From: Crocosphaera sp.
Lineage (GTDB): Bacteria; Cyanobacteriota; Cyanobacteriia; Cyanobacteriales; Microcystaceae
Reading direction: 5' to 3'
DNA: 32,000 bases
Assembly: GCF_030064895.1 (NCBI RefSeq)
Contig: NZ_JASJEB010000014.1
Location: 20,945 to 52,944, forward strand
Shown: in pieces, positions 7,976-15,025 of the stretch
Position numbering within the stretch: position 1 is the stretch's first letter
Layout: each line of letters starts with the position of its first letter
The notes under the pieces: model-generated
Told to the model about the DNA's origin: nothing
Seen by the model: the letters and a program-made list of their open reading frames with translations, nothing else
The model's database searches: none
Made by a program: the position numbers and the translations under genes

Positions 7976-9678
7976 AATCAACAAGAAAATTAGCGATCGA
8001 TGATATTTACCGCATTGGAACCCCTGATGCTGCTGTTAAATTAGTTCCTTTTTTATGGGATGAAGATGAAGATTTTGCCATTTATGTTGCTTGGCATTTA
8101 GGTGTATTATTAAAAAAACCAGAAGTAGAAGAAAAATTATCTAAGTATCCATTAAAATCAGAACAAACTCTCACAGATGAATTAACTTATATTTGGCGAC
8201 CTTTTGAAAACAATTATGATTCTGCTTTATTTACAATTACCAGTCGTTTAGCTTATTTAATCAAAGTCTCATCAATTGAAAATATCCCTCAACCTATTTT
8301 ACCTGTTGACCCCAGAATTATTATTCCTATCTCTGCTGTTGAAACTATTAATTCGGTTAAACTGCCTACAAAAACTGATTCTAAAGTAGATAAACTTTTA
8401 GCACAATCAAAAATTACCCCTGAGTTAGAAAATACTTTTAAAGATAAGGTTGATACACTTTTAGGATATCAACAATTAGATAATAATTGGAAAATTAAAT
8501 TATCAAGTATCAGTCCTCGTTTACAACTTGATCTATTACATCGTCTTATTAATTCTCGTTCTTCTAGTCGTAGTGATTGGGGAAATCTTTATAAAAATAT
8601 TAAATACAAATATAGATTTCAAAGCGGATGGCATTATTATATAGTCTTAGGAGTTAGTTTTATTTTATGTCTAATAGCAGTAATTCAATTATTGACTAAT
8701 GTGAATGATAAGCTAAGTTGGTTATTTATATTTAGTTCTCCTTTTTTGTTTTTACTGGTTTTTTACTTTTGGCCTATTATCTGGCAAGGAATTGAAGAAA
8801 AATTAGAAGCACAACTCTTTCTTTCTTTTGGTTTGTTTGGAATACTAACATTTTATCAAAAATTAAAACTTCTATGGTTCAATAAATCTGTTTGGAATGG
8901 AATTACTCCTTTATATAATATAGTTATCAAGGTTCGGATGGGGGTATTGGCTTGGGTAGCATGGACAGTAGTAATAGAAGTTATGACGGAAGACTTGACA
9001 GTCGAATTAGGACTATTAGTAACACTGATAGTCTTTTTAACATTATTGGGAGTATGGGAGTCAGAAGGAACCATCATAATAGCATTGGCTCTAATGATAG
9101 TCTTTTTAACTCTAATGATATTCATAGTGTTGACAGGTGAAATGATGTTGCAAATATCAGATCCAGCAATAGCATTATTGAATGTGCTATCGGGGTCTTT
9201 AATAAGTGTTTTTCTAGTGCAGTGGGTCTTCCATCTAACTGAAAGAGCTGGAATAGATTTTTGGCTTGTAATAGTAGCAGTGGCTTGGGTAATACTGATG
9301 ACATTGATAGTGTTAGGGCCAATCATAGGGCCGGGGGCAAGGGTATTAGGTTGTGGAGCAGTAATAGTGATGGTGGTGTTAAGCGCAGGTTCTGGTTTAG
9401 GCGTTTGGCATCGAGCAAAGGATAAAATAGATTCGACTCGCTATCTGGCAATTTTTGCGTTTCCTTTCTTCTCTACTTTTCCCATTGTTTTCGGTTATTG
9501 TTCTTATGCTTTTTATGATTGGTTTGGGTTAACTTGGCAACAAATTACTATTATTTGGATGCTTATTTTAGGAGTTTGTACTGTTTTATGGCAATGGGGA
9601 CAAAAACTTGATTATGAAGCAAGAAACCCCTTTAAAGGTATTTTAGATACTGTTAAAAATGATAGTGATTTTTTCTAA
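7960..9678 (+). CDS. HEAT-repeat N-terminus plus polytopic membrane protein (about 10-11 TM helices). Partner, or split-off C-terminal part, of the NACHT protein.
   Basis: - ATG overlaps the upstream stop by 16 nt.
- N-terminus (RKLAIDDIYRIGTPDAAVKLVPFLWDEDEDF) looks like a PBS-lyase-type HEAT repeat.
- Hydrophobic helices span nt about 8632-9600.
- A 16-nt direct repeat TGATAGTCTTTTTAAC (9026-9041 and 9095-9110) marks a duplicated TM segment. Confidence 0.65.
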   Translation: MDKQIKSTRKLAIDDIYRIGTPDAAVKLVPFLWDEDEDFAIYVAWHLGVLLKKPEVEEKLSKYPLKSEQTLTDELTYIWRPFENNYDSALFTITSRLAYLIKVSSIENIPQPILPVDPRIIIPISAVETINSVKLPTKTDSKVDKLLAQSKITPELENTFKDKVDTLLGYQQLDNNWKIKLSSISPRLQLDLLHRLINSRSSSRSDWGNLYKNIKYKYRFQSGWHYYIVLGVSFILCLIAVIQLLTNVNDKLSWLFIFSSPFLFLLVFYFWPIIWQGIEEKLEAQLFLSFGLFGILTFYQKLKLLWFNKSVWNGITPLYNIVIKVRMGVLAWVAWTVVIEVMTEDLTVELGLLVTLIVFLTLLGVWESEGTIIIALALMIVFLTLMIFIVLTGEMMLQISDPAIALLNVLSGSLISVFLVQWVFHLTERAGIDFWLVIVAVAWVILMTLIVLGPIIGPGARVLGCGAVIVMVVLSAGSGLGVWHRAKDKIDSTRYLAIFAFPFFSTFPIVFGYCSYAFYDWFGLTWQQITIIWMLILGVCTVLWQWGQKLDYEARNPFKGILDTVKNDSDFF

Positions 9679-9709
9679 ATAAGTAGGTAATAGATTACAT
9701 AATGAAAAT

Positions 9710-9776
9710 GGTGGGTTAAGACGCGAATAAATACTTATAATGTTTTCATCAAAATAAACCTTGCGCCTAACCCACC
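9710..9776. repeat. Long hairpin between convergent genes (GGTGGGTTA...TAACCCACC, 9-bp perfect stem plus GCG/CGC extension, ~36-nt loop). Possible bidirectional terminator or dispersed hairpin repeat.
   Basis: Inverted repeat read directly. It sits in the 117-bp gap between the 3' ends at 9678 (+) and 9796 (-). Confidence 0.3.
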
Positions 9777-9795
9777 CTACGAAATATAAATTAAT

Positions 9796-10815
9796 TTAAC
9801 TAACTACCTGATTACGAGGATTCCAACGGGAACGACTTTCCTCAATGTGCATATTTTTTTCATCTTTTTTAAGATGACGAGGACTACTTTCAAAAGATAG
9901 AGAAGATGGCAACGCATCTGCACCATATTCCTCACGAATAAACGCTTCTACTGCTTCATAAGAAGGAGAGAAATTATCTGTTGAAGATGACTCATCTATT
10001 CCTTGATAACGTCTTAAGGCAGCAGAAAATAAACCCGTTCCATCATCAAAAAATCGTTCCGTGGTTTTTCCATAAGTATCATAAGTATGAAAAGCTAAAT
10101 CATCATTAGCTTTAGCTGCAACCCAGGAAAGATAAGACCAATATTCACTAAATGTACCGAAATCATTGGCAGAACGCATCATTAATAATAACCAGTGTTC
10201 ATCGGATTGATAATAGTTATTAACTTGATGTTTAAAAGTATCAATATGTTCTTGTTTAAACCATCCGTGATGAGGAATAAATGTTCCTTCTCCATCGGTT
10301 ATTGCTTCAACTTCTAATACAGAATTAATCCATTTCTCCCAAGTAGAAACAATTTGAGGATTTCCCCATTCATTATGTTGTAATAAAGCAAAAGTATGTT
10401 GAACCTTTCCTTGATTTTCTCGAAAAAGTGGCCAGGTATCAACAGGAAGTAAGTCACTATCCCATACCATATACCATTCACTTAAATTTTCAATTCCCTC
10501 AGATGCACCTAGTTTTAATAATTGTTGATAAAACCAACCAGGGTTATAAAGAGATTTTTCCAAGTTCAACTTAGCACAGATAGCATCTTTAGTTAAACCT
10601 GTTTTAGCTTTAAAAAATTCGTCTTCAGGATGAACATAAAGTGGTGCAGTTGACCATTTTTTTGATAATTCTTTGAGGGATGCAACCTCACAGTTTGGGG
10701 TAATAATATGAATAGCGCGAGGTTTATAGTGAACGGTTAGACCTTCCATGACAGCTTGTGTATTCCAACGAACTCGATAAAGCGGAATCACAAAGTCAAA
10801 GATTTTTGATGACAT
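9796..10815 (-). CDS. Conserved-looking hypothetical protein, 339 aa. Possibly GT-A-like (GWFYQQLLKL ... VWDSDLLP, a DxD-like motif); function not established.
   Basis: Long uninterrupted ORF with a protein-like composition. The motif resemblance is weak and from memory only. Confidence 0.55.
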   Translation of the reverse strand: MSSKIFDFVIPLYRVRWNTQAVMEGLTVHYKPRAIHIITPNCEVASLKELSKKWSTAPLYVHPEDEFFKAKTGLTKDAICAKLNLEKSLYNPGWFYQQLLKLGASEGIENLSEWYMVWDSDLLPVDTWPLFRENQGKVQHTFALLQHNEWGNPQIVSTWEKWINSVLEVEAITDGEGTFIPHHGWFKQEHIDTFKHQVNNYYQSDEHWLLLMMRSANDFGTFSEYWSYLSWVAAKANDDLAFHTYDTYGKTTERFFDDGTGLFSAALRRYQGIDESSSTDNFSPSYEAVEAFIREEYGADALPSSLSFESSPRHLKKDEKNMHIEESRSRWNPRNQVVS

Positions 10816-11010
10816 AGTTAGTTTCTGATTTTTCTATAGATTCAATTCAATTGTGTCTATGTTAAGTATTTGAACATGAACACAGTTTATGATGCCTGTT
10901 ATCATATCAGAACTCAATTCATTGAACAAGTTATATTATTTTCATCAAATGAGACTACATACGTTTATATTGTACAGATCAACGGCAGTTTGTCTCTACG
11001 GAAATGTGCA

Positions 11011-11043
11011 GTAAGGGTTAACGGCCGTTAAACCCTACTTTTT
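11011..11043 (+). terminator. Orphan intrinsic-terminator-like hairpin: GTAAGGGTTAACGG/CCGTTAAACCCTAC (12/14 bp) followed by TTTTT
   Basis: Read directly. No plus-strand CDS lies upstream, since the neighbouring gene is divergent. Confidence 0.3.
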
Positions 11044-11323
11044 GAAATTGGTATTATTCAATTTTATTATTTAATACAAAAGCAAAAATTATCTATCAAT
11101 TAGGGAAACATCTCCAAATTCCTCAATTGTTTTTTCAACAGATAGAAACAATTATTAGTTGAAAACTATAGCACTACAAAAATTAGTTACCATAGATAGA
11201 CTTTGGTGAAAGGAAACAGGGAACTTCGGAATAGGAAAAAACAAAAATTCCTAACAAAAATTCGTAGTGTTATATTAAAATACCTATTATAATTAAATTA
11301 ACTACTTTTATCAGTTAATCTCA

Positions 11324-12355
11324 ATGACATTAACACGAGAAACTTTATTAGGAAAATCTGTAGACGAACTAACTACCTGGATGAAACAACAAGGACAACC
11401 AGCTTATAGAGGTAAACAACTTCATCAATGGTTGTATCAAAAAGGAGTGCGATCGCTAACAGAAATTTCTGTCTTTCCTAAAGCATTCAGAGAAGACTTG
11501 AAAGATTATCCTATCGGTCGTTCTAACATTAACCATTGTACTATTGCACCCGATAAAACCAGAAAATACTTATTAGGTTTAGGGGATGGATTAATTATTG
11601 AAACTGTTGGTATTCCCACCACAAAACGCTTAACCGTTTGTGTTTCTTCTCAAGTAGGATGTCCCATGAATTGTGATTTTTGTGCCACTGGAAAAGGAGG
11701 ATATGACCGTAATTTAAGCAGTGCAGAAATTGTCGATCAAGTCTTAACAGTACAGGAAGACTTTCAACAAAGAGTTAGTCATGTTGTATTTATGGGAATG
11801 GGAGAACCCTTATTAAATATAAAAGAAGTCGTCAAAGCTGTTAAAATATTAAACCAAGACATAGGAATAGGACAGCGATCGCTAACTATTTCTACTGTAG
11901 GAATTCCCAAAAAAATCTTAGAATTAGCTCATCATGAACTACAAGTAACCTTCGCTGTTAGTCTTCATGCAGCTAACCAAACCTTAAGAGAACAATTAAT
12001 CCCCAGTGCCAAAGTTTATCCCCTTCCCAAACTTTTAGCCGACTGTCGAAAATATGTAGAAATAACAGGAAGAAGAGTCAGTTTTGAATATATTTTATTA
12101 GGGGGTGTTAACGATTTACCGGAACAAGCGATCGAGTTAGCAAAATGTTTAAAAGGCTTTCAAAGTCATGTTAACTTAATCCCTTACAACCCCATAGAAG
12201 AAGTCGATTATCAACGCTCTACTTCTGAAAATATCAACCTATTTAAAAACATTTTAGAAGAAAAAAATATTGCTGTCAGTGTCCGTTATTCCAGAGGACT
12301 CGAAGCTAATGCAGCTTGTGGACAGTTGAGAGCCATGTCATCGGTAAAAGAGTGA
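11324..12355 (+). CDS. rlmN: 23S rRNA/tRNA (adenine-C2)-methyltransferase RlmN (radical SAM)
   Basis: [11 protein letters not shown] radical-SAM cluster motif, [10 protein letters not shown]-terminal ACGQL. 343 aa. Confidence 0.9.
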   Translation: MTLTRETLLGKSVDELTTWMKQQGQPAYRGKQLHQWLYQKGVRSLTEISVFPKAFREDLKDYPIGRSNINHCTIAPDKTRKYLLGLGDGLIIETVGIPTTKRLTVCVSSQVGCPMNCDFCATGKGGYDRNLSSAEIVDQVLTVQEDFQQRVSHVVFMGMGEPLLNIKEVVKAVKILNQDIGIGQRSLTISTVGIPKKILELAHHELQVTFAVSLHAANQTLREQLIPSAKVYPLPKLLADCRKYVEITGRRVSFEYILLGGVNDLPEQAIELAKCLKGFQSHVNLIPYNPIEEVDYQRSTSENINLFKNILEEKNIAVSVRYSRGLEANAACGQLRAMSSVKE

Positions 12356-12387
12356 GCAGTTACTAAAAATTTGGAATAACTGCTCAC
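12352..12387. terminator. Hairpin GTGAGCAGTTA-N14-TAACTGCTCAC between convergent rlmN and rpsF. Possible bidirectional terminator.
   Basis: Perfect 11-bp inverted repeat overlapping the rlmN stop codon. No clear U-run. Confidence 0.3.
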
Positions 12388-12404
12388 TGTTAACTGTTAA
12401 CTCC

Positions 12405-12773
12405 TTAAGCTTCAGAAGCAACCGGTTCCGTTTCTGCCACTGCTTCCACTGCTTCTTCCTCTTCCGTTTCTGAGGAGGGTTCCACTATATCCAGTCGAAT
12501 GGTGAGGTAACGCATAACTTCTTCCCCTAAGCGCATCATCCGTTCTAAGGGTGCGATTTGTGTTCCGTCTGCTTGATAATTAAACTCAACATAAATACCA
12601 TCCACCTTTTTTTGAATAGGATAGGCCAGACGGCGTTTACCCCAAATTTTCACTTCTAGGTTAGTAGCGTTATTTGTGGTCAGAAACTCCTTATAGGTGG
12701 TCAAAGCTTGGTTTACTTGGTCTTCTGAAAGATCAGGACGCAAGATAAAAATCATTTCGTATTGTTGACTCAT
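12405..12773 (-). CDS. rpsF: 30S ribosomal protein S6 with acidic C-terminal tail
   Basis: N-terminus [16 protein letters not shown] and RRLAYPI, the classic S6 signature. Confidence 0.92.
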   Translation of the reverse strand: MSQQYEMIFILRPDLSEDQVNQALTTYKEFLTTNNATNLEVKIWGKRRLAYPIQKKVDGIYVEFNYQADGTQIAPLERMMRLGEEVMRYLTIRLDIVEPSSETEEEEAVEAVAETEPVASEA

Positions 12774-13066
12774 GGTTTAAACTCCTTATGGACAAGTTGG
12801 CTTCATGATTCACTTAGAATCTGAATATCAAGAAGCAAGGATTAATCGAAACTAATCAATTGAAACAATGTCTTCTTTTTTTAGACACATTCCCCCATCC
12901 TAACACAATATTGAGGTTACAATGTTCAAATTAACGAGGGAATTGTTCTCGATATTCCCTTAAAATCAAACATCAAACTACAGACTGGATGACGAATGGC
13001 TAAGTAATGGCTAAGATATTCAAAGGCCACTTAGTCTGGTTCTGAACCATCTCACTGCTGAAGTTT

Positions 13067-13894
13067 ATGCCGCAACGCTACGTTCGAGTAAAAACCAATC
13101 AAGGAAACGTCCACTATGGCTCACTTAATCTTAACCGTAGTGTGGCAGTGTTTGATGCTGCCCCTTGGGACGGAGGCCAACCCAGTGGGGTTGTCCTCAA
13201 GGCTGATACTTATGAATTTTTAGCCCCTTGTTTTCCTTCCAAAATTGTTGCAGTGGGTAGAAACTATAAGGCCCATGCAGAAGAACTTGGTAACACTGTA
13301 CCCCAAGAACCTTTACTTTTTCTTAAACCCCCTTCAACCCTGATTGGGGAAGGTCAATCTATTCATTATCCCCCACAGTCTCAACAAGTTGACTATGAAG
13401 GAGAGTTGGCTTTAGTGATTGGGGAAGTAACTAAAAATTGTTCTGAGAAAGAAGCACGTAGCAAAATTTGGGGGTATACTATAGCTAACGATGTTACAGC
13501 CCGTGATTTTCAACGCAAGGATAATCAGTGGGTGCGCGCTAAAGGGTTTGATACATTTTGTCCTCTCGGCCCTTGGGTAATCCGTGAATTGAGTGCGGCC
13601 GCCAGTATTCAGACTTTTGTTAATGATGAAAGCGAACCAAGACAGTCTGGTTTGGTCCAGGATATGATCTTTTGTCCTCAAGTCATTGTCTCTTATATTT
13701 CTCAAATCCTGACATTGTTTCCAGGGGATGTTATTTTGACAGGAACCCCCGAAGGGGTTGGCCCTGTAAATGTCGGCGATCGCATTCGGGTAGAAATTGA
13801 GGGTATTGGTAGCATCGAAAACCCTATTATCAGTATGCCAACCGCTAACATTCCTACCAGCGAACCTGAGAATAAGCAGCCTCAGAAATCGTAG
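13067..13894 (+). CDS. Fumarylacetoacetate hydrolase (FAH) family protein
   Basis: FAH-fold motifs: KIVAVGRNYKAHAEE, DYEGELALVIG, KGFDTFCPLGP, PGDVILTGTPEGVG. Confidence 0.85.
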   Translation: MPQRYVRVKTNQGNVHYGSLNLNRSVAVFDAAPWDGGQPSGVVLKADTYEFLAPCFPSKIVAVGRNYKAHAEELGNTVPQEPLLFLKPPSTLIGEGQSIHYPPQSQQVDYEGELALVIGEVTKNCSEKEARSKIWGYTIANDVTARDFQRKDNQWVRAKGFDTFCPLGPWVIRELSAAASIQTFVNDESEPRQSGLVQDMIFCPQVIVSYISQILTLFPGDVILTGTPEGVGPVNVGDRIRVEIEGIGSIENPIISMPTANIPTSEPENKQPQKS

Positions 13895-14360
13895 GAATTT
13901 CTGCATAGCGGCCTAAAGCTGATTGGGCAATAGAAAAATAGGAGGCTGCTAAACCACCTAAAAATAGTACATTGAATAAGGTTTCAATGAGAATGCCACC
14001 TTTTAAAGCAGGTAACAAGACAAATTGCATGATGATACCGCCTAAAGCCAATAAAATGCCGATGAGGATCGATTGCATGGCGTTATAGCGAATAAAATGG
14101 CTAATCTTATCATTACGAACCACGGCCGCAAATAAAAGAATAAATACCAGAAAACTGCCAAAACGTCCTAAAGGTCCGAGTAAGGCACTCACTAAACGAT
14201 AAGTGATCTCAACAGGTATAGCAGGAAGCACCAAAAAGTTAAGAACTGGAAACTGTTCTAATAAGAACTCGCCAAAAAATACGGTGTCATAAACGGCAAA
14301 GCAATAAACTAAAGTGCCAAAAATACGATCGGTTATACTAACTGAACCACGCCACGTCAT
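13854..14360 (-). CDS. Tic20-like integral membrane protein (4 TM)
   Basis: 168 aa with four hydrophobic helices. It has an NAMQS motif and a C-terminal PTISEAAYSQV tail, resembling cyanobacterial Tic20 homologues. Confidence 0.55.
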   Translation of the reverse strand: MTWRGSVSITDRIFGTLVYCFAVYDTVFFGEFLLEQFPVLNFLVLPAIPVEITYRLVSALLGPLGRFGSFLVFILLFAAVVRNDKISHFIRYNAMQSILIGILLALGGIIMQFVLLPALKGGILIETLFNVLFLGGLAASYFSIAQSALGRYAEIPTISEAAYSQVRW

Positions 14361-14487
14361 TCGGGGTTACTCCTTAATTATTAAACTGAGTTCATCTTTA
14401 TCTTAAGATTTTTCGGTTTTAATGACCATGATATGGGGAGTCTGGGAAGTATGGGGGGTGATTGAAGAAGCAAGATTAGAACTAATA

Positions 14488-15009
14488 TTAAAATAGAAAT
14501 TCTGCCATACCCATCGGTGGAACTAAACGATCTACATCTAAAATAAATACAGTTAATAACTGCTCATTGTCTTCAATTCTAGTCACATGACTAGCTATTT
14601 CTAAAGTATCTCCACGACGATAGGAATCAGGTAACATCCGAATCTGACTAATAGGTAAATCAAGCATAGAAGGAGTTTGAGGGACTAAAATTCCAAACAA
14701 TTCGTCAATACTATTTTTCGCTAAAATAAGAAATTGTCGTCCTTCTTTTTCGGGTTGAGGGACTCTAAAAAGACGTTGATGAAGATCAATCGCTGTCATT
14801 TCTTTTTCATCCACATAAATCAGTCCTAATGCTGTTGTCCCACTCCCTTCCATCGGAGTGTAGTGAGTGATCTTTTTCACCGACTCTACAGGCAAAGCTA
14901 AGTGAAGCGTCCCTATCTGAAAGATTAATAATTTACGGAGATGGGATTTTTCTTGTCCTAAAGAGGATTCAAAACTGTTTGTATAAGAGTAATTTGTTTT
15001 AGTATTCAT
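14488..15009 (-). CDS. CheW-like coupling protein (second copy, last gene of the taxis operon)
   Basis: CheW-domain pattern: LLIFQIGTLHLALPVESVKKI ... FLILAKN ... GILV. Confidence 0.75.
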   Translation of the reverse strand: MNTKTNYSYTNSFESSLGQEKSHLRKLLIFQIGTLHLALPVESVKKITHYTPMEGSGTTALGLIYVDEKEMTAIDLHQRLFRVPQPEKEGRQFLILAKNSIDELFGILVPQTPSMLDLPISQIRMLPDSYRRGDTLEIASHVTRIEDNEQLLTVFILDVDRLVPPMGMAEFLF

Positions 15010-15025
15010 TGTTAATTATTAATTG

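Noticed and set aside
7960-7980. Programmed -1 ribosomal frameshift joining the NACHT and membrane ORFs
   Set aside because: There is no canonical X XXY YYZ slippery heptamer and no obvious downstream stimulatory structure. Gene 2 has its own ATG. I kept this only as an indel or split-gene hypothesis.
8856-9326. Minus-strand ORFs (8856-9326, 9122-9322) and plus-strand ORF 8952-9140 inside the polytopic membrane gene
   Set aside because: They are antisense or out-of-frame shadows of a long ORF with a coherent TM-helix pattern. Their translations are low-complexity.
12900-12960. Possible tRNA, suggested by a gttcaaatt T-loop-like string
   Set aside because: No flanking acceptor or T-stem complementarity and no cloverleaf could be drawn. 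No other tRNA- or rRNA-like sequence was seen in the window.
12945-12970. Third copy of the TTCCCTTAA...AACAT motif in the rpsF/FAH intergenic region
   Set aside because: Only the TTCCCTTAA half matches. The second half-site and the spacing differ, which is compatible with chance in AT-rich DNA.
13412-13906. 164-aa minus-strand ORF
   Set aside because: It is fully antisense to the FAH-family gene, which has clear family motifs. It is a shadow ORF.
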